From the NCBI RefSeq assembly GCF_006345805.1, contig NC_042997.1, positions 33,790,001 through 33,854,000 on the forward strand: DNA of 64,000 bases, in the 5' to 3' direction. This DNA is from Octopus sinensis (taxonomy: Eukaryota). The notes beneath the pieces were generated by a model. That model was not told the DNA's origin and made no database searches. It saw only the letters and a list, made by a program, of their open reading frames with translations. Of the stretch, positions 47,881 to 59,828 are shown one piece after another. Numbering within the stretch: position 1 is the stretch's first letter; every line of letters begins with the position of its first letter. The position numbers were made by a program, and so were the translations under genes.

Positions 47881-48515
47881 TCTAGGTATGACATGAATAT
47901 GAGACGGAAAAGGAAGTGTGCTGAGTAAAAATGGTGTGACAAATGATTAAAGATCAGAAGTGAATTGGACACAAAGGATATCAGTTCAATGTAGCGGAAA
48001 TCATGAAAATAGATTCTGAGTTGTGCAGGGAAGGCCTGATAGAGCCTGAATTCTGCTGAGATGGATGGACCTTCTCAAGCACAACTTAATACCTTTGTCT
48101 TGGTATCCTATCTTTACTTGTGTTGATTCACCAGATGTGATAAATAATAATGGGACTCGTATAAATGTAGAGTATTCTTCATACACAATAACTAAAAGGC
48201 TCTAATTTCCAGGAACCAAGCTTGGCTTTTCTTTGAAATACTCTCTTCCTCTCTCTCTCTCACACACACACGTCTATATTTGCTCAGTCATTCATTCCTT
48301 TTTATGCTAGCCAGTCCTAACCCCTTTTACATGGATGCTCTAACAATGTTTTGGAATGGTTTGTTCAGTTTGATTTGAGTTGGAAATTCTGGTAACATTC
48401 ATCACTTCTGTGCATAATGCTAATTGTCTGTCTGTCTATATGTATGTGTGTCTGTGTATATATATATATATGTGTGTATATATATATGTGTGTGTATATA
48501 TATATATATATATGT

Positions 48516-48804
48516 GGAGGTGCAATGGCCCAGTGGTTAGGGCAGCGGACTCACGGTCGTAGGATCGCGGTTTCGATTCCCAGACTGGGTGTTGTGTGCG
48601 TTTATTGAGCGAAAACACCTAAAAGCTCGACGACGCTCCGGCAGGGGGTGGTGATCCCTGCTGTACTCTTTCACTACTCCTTCTCTCACTCTTTCATCTG
48701 TTGGGCTTCTCGCTTAGCCAGCGGCGTGGCGTCATTCGAAGGCTTAAACAATGCGAACGCATTGTGACCAGCGATGTGTAGCAACATCCGATGGTCTGGT
48801 TGGT

Positions 48805-48810
<6 letters not shown>
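48516..48810 (+). mobile_element. SINE-C
   Basis: A box tggcccagtggtt, B box gtttcgattccc. Confidence 0.9.
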
Positions 48811-48850
<40 letters not shown>

Positions 48851-49539
48851 CTTTAAAACAGAAAAAATATTTATATATGTATATATATATATAGATAGAT
48901 AGATAAATAGATAGATAAACATACATACATCTGTCCTGACACAAGCGCACGCACACACTTGTATATTTGCCCATTTGTTCATTCATTTTTTTATGTCTAT
49001 TATTTTCATGCTAGCATGGGTTAGACGAATATATTACTGAAGCAATGTTTTACAGTTGGATACCCTCCTTGTCACAAACCCTTATTTTTCAAGTAATGGG
49101 AATCTTTTATTCCATATGTTTCTCAATGCTCAAAGCCACTGTCTATATATATAGTGGCTATCTGTCTATCTGGGTGTGTGTGTCTGTGTGTAAACAAAAC
49201 AGGAAAGTTTGTTCTGAAATTATTTATTTAATTATTTATAGCATCCTTACATATGTTCCAGTGAAGATTGTAAGATTGAATTACATAAGTACTGCCTAAT
49301 TCAATTATTATATTTACATCAGAGTTGATTTCAGAAAGCTGACATTTACTGTAATGTTTACTCGGTGATCAATGTAATTATGGCGACCACTGGCAAGAAA
49401 GTCGAAATAGCATACATTCTCTCCATAGCTTCCAATGTGAGAATGTAGGGAAAAAAAAAATTTGAGTTCTAAATAGTGTTTATGTTATGGTGTGCACATT
49501 AATTTACACTGTACAAATATATATATACCTGGCACTTCC

Positions 49540-49953
49540 ACCACCATCTCTCCCCCCCCCCATCTTTTGCACTCTTACCTGCTTGCTCTCTTCCACTCTT
49601 TCATTTTTCATCTCTCTCTCTTTTGCTCTCTCTCTCTCTGGCTGGTAACCATGTGTCTCCTCTACAGCAAGAAACCTGTTTTTATCCCTCTGTCACATTC
49701 TAACCTGTCATCACTTGGCACAAGGCCACCTCCTTCAGTGCCCCCCCTCCTTTCAAAGGATCTTATTTGGTGACCCCCACCAGTGCTGGTGCATCCAGTC
49801 CAGTCCACACTATAAAGTGGTTGGTGTATGGAAGGGCATCCAGCTGTAACACCCATGCCAAAACAGACGGTGAAGTCTGGTGCTGTTTTCTACCTTGCCA
49901 GCCCCTGTGAAACCATCCATCCCATGCCAGCATGGAAAATTGGACATTAAATG

Positions 49954-49955
<2 letters not shown>
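49540..49955 (+). mobile_element. RTE 3' UTR relic with a D-type tail
   Basis: cctctacagcaagaaacctgtt...ggaagggcatccagctgtaac...ccatgccagcatggaaaattggacattaaatgat. Confidence 0.65.
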
Positions 49956-50000
<45 letters not shown>

Positions 50001-50034
50001 GAAAGAATGGAGTTGAACGACGATTTAACAAAAT

Positions 50035-50132
50035 TCCTTTATTCTTGACATATGTTTCGAAGACTGCATATTCTTAATTCTGAAGGAATAAAGGGTGCAT
50101 TATGCCACCTTCTCATCAGGAAAGACAAGGAA
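50035..50132 (-). ncRNA. Hammerhead ribozyme, antisense-arm copy (G1.1 mutated to A)
   Basis: Reverse complement reads ttccttgtctttcCTGATGAgaagg...cttcGAAACatatGTCaaga; stem I closing pair lost. Confidence 0.65.
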
Positions 50133-50240
50133 CTTATGTCAGCATCATGACGAACAAAAACTTTTAGATGACTGCCCACACGGAGTCCATAGTGTGGGCA
50201 GTCATCTAAAAGTTTTTGTTCGTCATGATGCTGACATAAG

Positions 50241-50339
50241 TTCCTTGTCTTTCCTGATGAGAAGGCAGCATAATGCACCCTTTATTCCCTCGGAATTAAG
50301 AATATGCAGTCTTCGAAACATATGTCGAGAATATAGGAA
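50241..50339 (+). ncRNA. Minimal type-I hammerhead ribozyme (predicted cleavage after GUC 50324-50326)
   Basis: Stem I TTTC/GAGA plus TTCCT/AGGAA; core CTGATGA 50254-60; stem II GAAGGCAGCATA/TATGCAGTCTTC; GAAA 50315-18; stem III AC-ATAT-GT with a palindromic loop. Confidence 0.8.
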
Positions 50340-50525
50340 TTTTGTTAAATCGTCGTTCGACTCCATTCTTTCATTTATTTATAGTAAAATAAACACACAA
50401 ATTTCCACACAAAAGCACGTGATCTCTGCCCTTGGCATGTAGCTTCAACCGTGTTTTCTGACGTGAATTTGCTACCCGGGTATCGGTTAACCGAATTATC
50501 CATACTAGGATAATTCATTCAACTA

Positions 50526-50565
<40 letters not shown>

Positions 50566-50570
50566 TTGTC

Positions 50571-50832
50571 AGAGGCGCAATGGCCCAGTGGTTGGGGCAG
50601 CGGACTCGAGTGTTTATTGAGCAAAGACACCTAAAAGCTCCATGAAGCTCCAGCAGGGGGTGGTGATCCCTGCTGTACTCTTTCAGCACCATTTCTCTCA
50701 CTCTTTCTTCTGTTGGCCTGCTCGCTTAGCCAGCGGGGTGACATCATTCGAAGGCTAAAACAATGCGAACGCATTGTGACCAGTGATGTGTAGCAACATC
50801 TGATGGTCTGGTCGGTCACGTGATCACATGAT
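50571..50832 (+). mobile_element. SINE-C with a deletion across the B-box region
   Basis: Head tggcccagtggttggggcagcggactcg joined directly to agtgtttattgagc. Confidence 0.85.
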
Positions 50833-50833
50833 A

Positions 50834-51287
50834 TAGGTTGTCATTGACTTATGACCACATTTGGTTCCAACTGACTAGTCATAAGTCAATTTGGTTGTAA
50901 GTCAGCCTATAGGCCTGCATAGCTTTGTTTTATATTTTTACATTCTTAAGGTACATTCTCAGGTAAAAGTCACACACAGCATTCTGTATTATACTACAAC
51001 AATGTTATTTGTTCATAGAAAAGTACCAAAGAATGCAGATGCAAAAAATACACAGTGTAGTGTAAGAAACAGTTGCAAAACTTACATAAAAATTTATTGT
51101 AGACTGGTGCTTGGCTGTGGATCTTCGATGTCGTTTGTTAGCTGACATCATCTGTAGACGAGTTAATTTCTAAGACATTAAACCCATTAGATTTCAACGG
51201 GATCATTTATTATTGCTGCCGGAAGCTGGCGTGTCAATTGTAAACATGATTAGTTGTAAGTCGGATAGGTCATAAGTTGACGACGAC

Positions 51288-51290
<3 letters not shown>
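50834..51290. mobile_element. Tigger/pogo-type (Tc1/mariner) MITE
   Basis: TIRs taggttgtcattgacttatgacc and ggtcataagttgacgacgacctg, TA on both sides; resembles the Tigger TIR CAGGTAGTCCTCGACTTACGACC. Confidence 0.75.
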
Positions 51291-51317
<27 letters not shown>

Positions 51318-51319
<2 letters not shown>

Positions 51320-51452
51320 GTTGGCGTTAGGAAGGGCATCCAGCTGTAGAAACTCTGCCAGATCAGATTGGAGCCTGGTGCAGCCACTGGCTCTCCAGAC
51401 CTCAATCAAACCGTCCAACCCATGCCAGCATGTAAAACGTGCGTTAATCGAC
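51318..51452 (+). mobile_element. Family D 3' fragment
   Basis: ggttggcgttaggaagggcatccagctgtagaaactctgccagatc. Confidence 0.85.
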
Positions 51453-51454
51453 GA

Positions 51455-51787
51455 TAGGCTCCGAAAGGGGTATCAGGGAGTAGTGTCCCTGCCTTTCTGA
51501 GCTAGTTTTCCACCACATTTCTTAAAAGTTGTGGTAGAGGCCTTGGTATTGGGATCACTCATATCTAGAAACTGAAGTTGATGGTAAGCAATGGTATGCT
51601 CCTTGTAGAAAATCCTACTCCAAAAAAGCCCCATGATTGCAAAGGAGAATGGGCACCAGCCAGCCCAAAGGTTGGGGTGGGCTGCACCTACCTACCTCAG
51701 TTGCTATGGCATTGAAGTGGATCCGGTCACCCCCCGTTAATGGGGACAAAACCTGGATTTAAAACACTGGATGATGATGATGATGAT
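51455..51787 (+). mobile_element. Unclassified (GAT)n-tailed retroposon fragment
   Basis: GC-richer block ending aaaacactg(gat)n; single copy in the window. Confidence 0.45.
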
Positions 51788-51799
51788 ATAACTATATGA

Positions 51800-52065
51800 A
51801 AACATGTGGCTTAGTGGTTAGGCTATTGCTATTGCACTCACAATAGCTGGATTCTGGGTTCAATTCCCAGACCAGGCAGCATGTTGTGTTCTTGAGCAGA
51901 ACATTTCATTTCACATTGCTCCAGTTCCTCCTTCAATTAGTGGGTAATGTTAACCTGCTTGCCTGGTCAGCGGGGTGGCACCATTTGAAGGCTTAAACAA
52001 TGCAAAAAGCACATTGTGACCAGCGATGTGTAACAACATCTGATAGTCTGGTTGGTCACATGATA
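51800..52065 (+). mobile_element. Chimeric SINE: F-type head/CORE plus C-type tail
   Basis: tggcttagtggtt...gggttcaattccc...cacattgctccag, then gaaggcttaaacaatgc...cattgtgaccagcgatgtgtaacaacatctgatagtctgg. Confidence 0.7.
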
Positions 52066-52087
52066 TATACATACACACACACACACA

Positions 52088-53360
52088 CATCATCATCATC
52101 ATCATCTTTTATCATCTGTCTTCCATGCTGCTATGGGTGGATGGTTTGATAGAATCCAATGACCTGGAGCACTGTTTTAAACATCAGTGTCTACTTCAGC
52201 ATGGTTTCTATGGTTGGATGCTTTTTCTAACACCAAACACTTTACAGAGTGTACTAGATGCCTTCTCCATGTTACTGGCACTAGCGAGTTTGTCGAGTAC
52301 TTTGCGTAACATAGAAAATGCTCCCTTGACTGAGTGGGAGTGTACTAGAGAAGGAGGTGGCTTTATACCATGTGTTGAGAGGCTGAAATATGATAGAAGG
52401 ATAAAAGAATTCCATGTCTGTCCCACACTATATTATATATTATATATGTGGTTGGAGCACCTGGAAAGAGAGTTAACAATGTTGGTGACAAAGGTATCAG
52501 TCATTTAAGGTACATATAAGAAGGTGAGTATAAGAGAGATTACAGATATGGGATTAGGATAGATGGATGAGAAAGTTCCTAAGAATGTGAGAGGTGAGTG
52601 ACACACTGCTGGTGATGGGGGTGGTAGTGGTGAATATAGTGAATGTTGAACAAAAGCAGAGATGTGGTCAGTAATAAATATCAATTTAGTTAGGAAAGTC
52701 AAAAAAATAGGAGCAGATTATGGAAGAGGAGGAGGGGGTAAGTGGAAGTAGAGAAAAGGTGGAGTGCAGCAGTATAATAAAAAAATTGATAGATGAAAAA
52801 TTGGGAGATGATGTGTGGAGTGGGTGTGTGGGTGTATACAACGACAAAGATAGAGGTCAGAGATACAGTGGAGTGGATATAGTGTATGGCAGAAAAAAAG
52901 GAGGGGTAGGTTCATGGTTGGTATGAGAGGGTGTTGTGATAGCAACTATGAGATGATGCTAAAGATGAGATATGACAGTGCAAAGATTTAGTTCAGGGGA
53001 AAGGGAGAGACATCTGGTGGCACAGAAAGCCAACGAATGATCAATGAATAATAAAGTGAGAAGGGATGATTGTGAAAATGAGGAATAGATGTTTAAAAGA
53101 AGTGAATCCAGTGAGAAGGGTAGCACAAAAGAGGCTGAAATATGTGCAGATGTATTCTCATATGAATACAGCAACTGAATAATAGTACTGTAGTTAGGAG
53201 AGTGATGGTGGGACGGTTGATGGGAAGACGAGAAGTGGTGAAGGCTTACAGGGGAAAGACTGGGTGCAGGAGCGTGGCTTAGTTAGTGTACAGACATAAA
53301 CCTAATGCTTTTAGGGCCTCACTCTTCCAATGACAAATGGGTCTTCTCAAGGGAATCACC
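52088..53360 (-). mobile_element. RTE LINE 3' end with a long purine/pyrimidine-skewed UTR and D-type tail
   Basis: (cat)n tail at 52088; minus cttgagaagaccc...ccctaaaa (~53350-53310) matches 4408-4450. Confidence 0.6.
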
Positions 53361-53419
53361 AGTCAAGTGGAGGGAAAGTAAGAATGTGAAAAATAATGGG
53401 ATAACGAAGAATATTCTTT

Positions 53420-54095
53420 TCCGTTTCATTATTTTTTCTTCTCACTACCTTCCATCTACTCCTTTCACCATTCATTTTTTTCCCTCTTCTTTTTCTCCGC
53501 CCCTTGTCTCTCCTAATACCCCTCTTTCATTTCTTTCCTTTTTTCCTTCTTTGCATTCTTTCTTCCTTCTTTTCATTTTTACTTTCTATCCTTCCTTACC
53601 ACTCATATTTTTTTTTGTTTATTTTTATTCTCTTCACTTTTCTCATTCCTTTCTTTCTGTTTTCTTCTTCTGATGTTTTATTTCTTTCTTTATTCTTCTC
53701 CCTCTCCCTTTACACTCTTCTCTCTTCTCTTCTCTCTTTCTTTTGTCTCGTTTCTTTCTCTTACACTCTCATTCATTCTTTCTCTTCATAACTACGTTTC
53801 ACTTTTCACATCCTGTTCACTTTGTTTTTCCTTGTTATCTCCCTTTTCTTTCTCTCTTTTCTTCACTTCTTTCATTCCTTCCTTCTTTCTTCCATCCTTT
53901 CATTCTTCACACACTTTCATTCTTCTCTCTTGTAATCTCCACTCATTTCTTTCTCTATCTTCTTGTTTGTCATTCTCTTCTTCCTTCCTTCTTTCTTTCT
54001 GCTCTCCTTTAAACTTTCTTTCTTCTTTTCTTTGTTTTTTTCTTTCATTCATCCCCTCTTTCTGCCTGTTTCTATTTTCCCCACACAATCTTAGT

Positions 54096-54128
<33 letters not shown>

Positions 54129-54450
54129 TACACACATACACACATACACACACACATACATACACACACACACATACACATACACACACATACACACACA
54201 CATGCACACATACACACATACACACGCACACACACACACACATGCACTAGTTTTATTCTCTCTATCGTGCTCACTATATTTTATTCTGCCTTTACTCTCC
54301 CTCCTCTCTTCACCACCTCCCTCCCACTCTCTTTCTCTCTTCCTCTTCATCCCCCATCTCTCCACCTCTTCACCACCTTCCTCTCTTTCTCTCTTCCTCT
54401 TCATCCCCCCTCTCTCTCCACCTCTTCACCACCTCTTGCAGAGATGCATT
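53420..54450. repeat. ~1-kb CT-rich low-complexity tract with a central (CA)n block
   Basis: Direct inspection. Confidence 0.9.
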
Positions 54451-54910
54451 ATCAGATTAAATCTAAAAACTGTGTTGTCATTTATCTATTAACAAAAAAT
54501 GTGGGGGGAGGGGAAGGAGGGGGGGAGAGAGCAAATGAAAGATAATAAAAAAAATATGACAGAAGATAACAAAAAAGGAAAAGAAAGACAAAAAAAAAGG
54601 AACCTTGCATCTTCCATTTCTTCCCCCCCCTCCTGTTCCACTTCTCCTTTTCCTTCTTGCAGCGCTATGAATTTCAACACATTTCAGCTCTATAGAACTG
54701 TGTCCAATGATGATGGTGATGATAATGGCAGTGGGGTGGGGGGAGGTTGAGTGATGGTGGTGATAGCAATGGTAGCAATAGTAGTGGTGGTAGTGGTGGT
54801 AGTGTTGGTGGTTTGTGGTTGCGATTGTGGGTGATGTTTGGCTCTGATGATATATGGAAATGTTTTGTGTCTGATGTGTTTATGAAATTAAAAATTTGTT
54901 TCTTGACAGT

Positions 54911-54944
<34 letters not shown>

Positions 54945-55379
54945 GAGCGAGAAAGGCAGAGATAAGAGAGTTACTGTGGTGGAGGACATGGAAGGAATGT
55001 TAGATATATGTATAGGGAGACCTTCATAGTAAAGACCACCATATTGCAAACATTCAGAGAAGGGTATCTGTTCCGAAAACTGGGTAACTCAGTATCTTGA
55101 TATCTTATTGAGTTCTCTCAATATGTATGAGTCACTTGTTTAAGGGGTCCCTGTAAATGTCATAAGTATTGCTACTCTTCCTCTGATAAAGCCATATATT
55201 TTGGATTGGATTGGATTTGATTATCCATGTTCAGTCCACCACAGGACAAGGGCCTCAGCATATTTCCTCTATCAAGCCATGAATTTGAGCTTGAGATCAT
55301 ACTGGTCTGATGAGCCTACTTTGCCACACTGGTTGACATTGCTTGGCAGAAGGTGCAGTTTTTATACTCATACCTAGGA

Positions 55380-55545
55380 ATAGTTGAGTCAATTACATTG
55401 ACTCTAATGCTCAACTGGTACTTATTCTGTTGACCCTGAAAAGATGAAAGTAAAGTTGGCCTTGGCAGGATTTGAACCCAGAATGCTAAGGTTGATGAAA
55501 TATCACTAAACATTTCGCCTGTCATGCTATCTATTCTGCTGGCTT
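55380..55545 (-). mobile_element. Degenerate SINE-B
   Basis: ctggtacttattctgttgaccctgaaaagatgaaag...ggatttgaacccagaat. Confidence 0.7.
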
Positions 55546-57748
55546 GTCATACATAAATAAGTAAAAAAACAAAATGGTTTTGAAGTTGTATTGTTTGACC
55601 CTTGGTCAGCAGTGCTGTGAAAACAAAAAATCCAACACTATGAACTGTATTTTTAGGGTTCACATTTTTTAATGTTTTGAGTGAGATTTGGTTTACTATG
55701 TGGAGGCAGCTCCATAATTGAGGAACTTTAAGATACTAGATTTTTGAGGTTAGTTTAAGCCGTCTGATACTTTTTGGCTGTGTTTCTCAGTGAGACACAA
55801 AATCCAAGACCTGACTTGCTTTGAGATTACTTGCTCAGGTAAATAAAATTCTACTGAGTTGTGGCAATGAAGAAGATGGTGTGTCGAGATATAACTTGTC
55901 TAATTGGATCTGTTTGAAATGGATATATCAACTTATGTTAATAAAATTTACTGAGAGCAAAAACCAGGTATTTTGGACCGAGACCTTCTTCAAATGTACT
56001 TTAATTTATGAATTTTAAGTTCTTGCTTTTCTTCATCTACAAAACCAAATTTTTGATAAAGTGACCCTTAGTTTTGTTTTCCATGTTAAATTTAAGTTTT
56101 TTTTTTGTAAGAAAGTTAAACTGTGTCTAGGTGTGTTGTAAGAGGTGACTAAAAGATATGACCACTGGAAGGGCACCTGGCTGTAAAATATCGTATTAAA
56201 AAAAGGTAACTATAATGAAATCTCGAGGTTTGCAAAAGGAATCCCTGTTTCAGCAGACAAAATGGCCTTAACCCTTTTGATACCACCTGGCTGAAACCAC
56301 CTCCAGCTCTGTAGTACAAATGTCTTGTTTTCATAAGTTTTGAATTAAAATCTCCCACCAAACCTTAGTCACAATTTATGTTCCTAACATTAGCTTAATG
56401 ATAACTAAGTTATTTTACTAAATTCTTCGTTATATTTAAAATGAATTGAAAGAAACACAGAGCATTTCAAAATAAATGTGGTAATGAAAGGGTTAAAATG
56501 TCTGTAAGAGAGCTAAAGGATACTGTTTGATGATGATTTAAGGAAGGTGAATGACAGAGAATTAAAGGCTGAGAGGAGTAGTCTGTGGAGGAATTTTAGA
56601 AATACCAAAAAATATACACTGGATGCTGGATGTTTATGCTATCTATTCTGCTGGCTTGTCATACATAAATAAGTAAAAAAACAAAATGGTTTTGAAGTTG
56701 TATTGTTTGACCCTTGGTCAGCAGTGCTGTGAAAACAAAAAATCCAACCACTATGAACTGTATTTTTAGGGTTCACATTTTTTAATGTTTTGAGTGAGAT
56801 GTGGTTTACTATGCAGAGGCAGCTCCATGATCGAGGAACTTTAAGATACTAGATTTTTGAGGTTAGTTTAAGCCATCTGATACTTTTTGGCTGTGCTTCT
56901 CAGTGAAACACAAAATCCAAGACCTGACTTGCTTTGAGATTATTTGCTCAGGTAAATAAAATTCTACTGAGTTGTGGCAATGAAGAAGATGGTGTGTCGA
57001 GATATAACTTGTCTAATTGGATCTGTTTGAAATGGATATATCAACTTATGTTAATAAAATTTACTGAGAGCAAAAACCAGGTATTTTGGACCGAGACCTT
57101 CTTCAAATGTACTTTAATTTATGAATTTTAAGTTCTTGCTTTTCTTCATCTACAAAACCAAATTTTTGATAAAGTGACCCTAGTTTTGTTTTCCATGTTA
57201 AATTTAAGTTTTTTTTTTGTAAGAAAGTTAAACTGTGTCTAGGTGTGTTGTAAGAGGTGACTAAAAGATATGACCACTGGAAGGGCACCTGGCTGTAAAA
57301 TATCGTATTAAAAAAAGGTAACTATAATGAAATCTCGAGGTTTGCAAAAGGAATCCCTGTTTCAGCAGACAAAATGGCCTTAACCCTTTTGATACCAACC
57401 TGGCTGAAACCACCTCCAGCTCTGTAGTACAAATGTCTTGTTTTCATAAGTTTTGAATTAAAATCTCCCACCAAACCTTAGTCACAATTTATGTTCCTAA
57501 CATTAGCTTAATGATAACTAAGTTATTTTACTAAATTCTTCGTTATATTTAAAATGAATTGAAAGAAACACAGAGCATTTCAAAATAAATGTGGTAATGA
57601 AAGGGTTAAAATGTCTGTAAGAGAGCTAAAGGATACTGTTTGATGATGATTTAAGGAAGGTGAATGACAGAGAATTAAAGGCTGAGAGGAGTAGTCTGTG
57701 GAGGAATTTTAGAAATACCAAAAAATACACTGGATGCTGGATGTTTAT
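55524..57748. repeat. Direct tandem duplication, two copies of ~1112 bp
   Basis: atgctatctattctgctgg at 55524 and 56636; both end tggatgctggatgtttat; 2-bp AT junction overlap. Confidence 0.97.
56272..56492. mobile_element. Complete TTAA-type (piggyBac-like) MITE
   Basis: TTAA-CCCTTT...AAAGGG-TTAA; duplicated at 57384-57605. Confidence 0.8.
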
Positions 57749-57789
57749 ATTCAAATCTTACTACAGGATAATATATATATATATATAGA

Positions 57790-57840
<51 letters not shown>

Positions 57841-57844
<4 letters not shown>

Positions 57845-58180
57845 AGAGTTTACGAAAAAAACAAAAGACGAAGACAGGTGGTGTACAAAACAAACAGATG
57901 TATTAGTATAACGCTTAGGAATAGAAAAAGTCTTTTATGTTTTGAGCCTACGCTCTTCTACAGAAAGGTACACAGGAAAACAAGGAGAAAAAAGGAGAGA
58001 AAAAAGGAGAGAAAAAAAGGAGAGAAAAAAGGAGAAAAAAAAAAGGAGAGAAAAAAGGAGAGAAAAAAGAGAAAAAAAAGGAGAGAAACAAGGAGAGAGA
58101 AAAAAAGGAGAGAAAAAAAGAGAGAAAAAAGGAAAGAAAAAAAGGAGAGAAAAAAAGGAGAGAAAAAAGGAGAGAAATAT
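57841..58180 (-). mobile_element. Penelope-like pLTR fragment (family of 35448) with an expanded aaaaaaggagag minisatellite
   Basis: Matches 35448-35610; motif decayed at CpGs (cgaaacg to caaaaca); a 12-13-bp unit expanded at 57980-58180. Confidence 0.65.
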
Positions 58181-58411
58181 ATATATATATATATAAAGAT
58201 TGTTAATTATCACTAGGTTTTTGCTTTCTTTTTCCAGCTAAGAAGAAAATTTCAATTAAGAACAACAGGTCTTGTGAAGATGTTTATAAGCCCAGGCTAG
58301 AAGGGAAATGTAGGCTGCATTTCAAGCATGTTATTAGGGTATTTACTAATCAGTGGTAAACACATACAACTTATGTATGGGTTACTAGTTTATACATGTA
58401 TGTATAGTGTA

Positions 58412-58795
58412 CCTACTCTTTTACTTGTGTCAGTCATTTGACTGCGGCCATACTGGAGCACCGCCTTTAATCGAGCAACTCGACCCTGGGACTTATTCTT
58501 TTGTAAGCCCAGTACTTATTCTATCGGTCACTTTTGCCAAACTGCTAAGTATCGGGGACATAACACACCAGCATCAGTTGTCAAGCAATGCTAGGGGGAC
58601 AAACACAGACACAAACACACGCATGCATATATATATACATATACGACGGGCTTCTTTCAGTTTCCGTCTACCAAATCCACTCACAAGGCTTTGGTTGGCC
58701 CGGGTCTATAGTAGAAGACACTTGCCCAAGGTGCCACGCAGTGGGACTGAACCCGGAACCATGTGGCTGGTAAACAAGCTACTTACCACCCAGCC
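58412..58795 (-). mobile_element. SINE-A
   Basis: Family match. Confidence 0.9.
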
Positions 58796-59062
58796 ACCTG
58801 AAAGTTACAGAACAGAATGAATGTGCAAGAATGATTTATGGAAACTAATTTTTTTTTCTCTCAAAGGACCTTCTTTGCTTGTAATAGGGAGTGTAGGCCC
58901 AACCAGATTCATTAGCTCAAACAAACCAACCCCCTTCTCTATGTTCAAGCCTGTCTGTACATGACCCCTAACAAAACAGATTCCTCTCCTACTTTATTAT
59001 TGATTTTGTTGTTGTTTAACCATATGTCAGCTCTATACTAAATTCATGAGAAGATAAGAGTC

Positions 59063-59420
59063 ATCATCATCGTTTAACGTCCGTTTTCCATGCTAGCATG
59101 GGTTGGACAGTTCAACCGGGGTCTGGGAGGCCAGAGGCTGCATCAGGTTCCAGTCTGATCTGGCAGTGTTTCTACTGCTGGATGCCCTTCCTAACGCCAA
59201 CCACTCCATGAGTGTAGTGGGTGCTTTTTATGTGCCACCGGCACAGGGGCCAGGGGAGCTGTCAAACAGTCACGATTGGTTGGTGCTTTTTACATGTCAC
59301 TGACACGGACGCCAGTCAGGTGGTGCTGGCATCTGCCACGTTCGGACGGTGTCTTTTACGTGTCACCGGCATGGGTATCTTAACTACAATTTCCATTTGA
59401 TTTTTATTTTGAAGTTGGTG
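59063..59420 (-). mobile_element. Family D with 5' head
   Basis: (cat)n tail, two to three units, head aaatcaaatggaaattgtagttaagatacccatgccggtg. Confidence 0.85.
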
Positions 59421-59461
59421 TTGACGTACTTGATGCAATAGGTCGTGATGGAGAATTTAGA

Positions 59462-59700
59462 ACTGTGATTCTTAACCATTTTTGCCTCTGGACCTCCTCT
59501 GATTCCTGTTTTACTCAGGTGGACTCTCATTTTAGAAAAAGAAAATCCTGTTATATTTTTATAATTAAATATTATTAGGAATTGTAAAAAAAAAAAAAAT
59601 ATCAAAATATTTTGTGTATTGTAGAAATATGTCAATTTATTGTTTGTAAATTATATGTAGATCCTTAAGGGTCATATGAACCCTGGTTGAAAACTACCGA
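59462..59700. mobile_element. Decayed hAT (Charlie-like) MITE
   Basis: Ends ctgtgattcttaacc and ggttgaaaactaccg resemble CAGTGGTTCTCAACC TIRs; internal ggacc..c/ggtc motifs. Confidence 0.5.
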
Positions 59701-59828
59701 TTTAAAGGATAAAGAAAAAAAGGGAGGCAATATTCAGCCTCAGATCAGATTTATAATCAGAAATATTCTAGCCTTGACCATTCCATCTTTTATTCAGGCA
59801 GTTTGTATCAGACTTCGATGAGCTGGTC

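Larger units (their letters stand above)
49990..50527 (+). mobile_element. Penelope-like pLTR-type element: inverted truncated copy plus longer copy, inserted in (TA)n
   Basis: Arms 49990-50181 and 50192-50383 (192 bp, 7 mismatches), 10-nt loop, 144-bp extension, TA tracts on both sides. Confidence 0.85.

Noticed and set aside
55821-57131. Duplicated 65-aa ORF as a tandem gene pair
   Set aside because: Starts at a non-ATG codon, has no recognisable domain, and is simply carried by the DNA duplication
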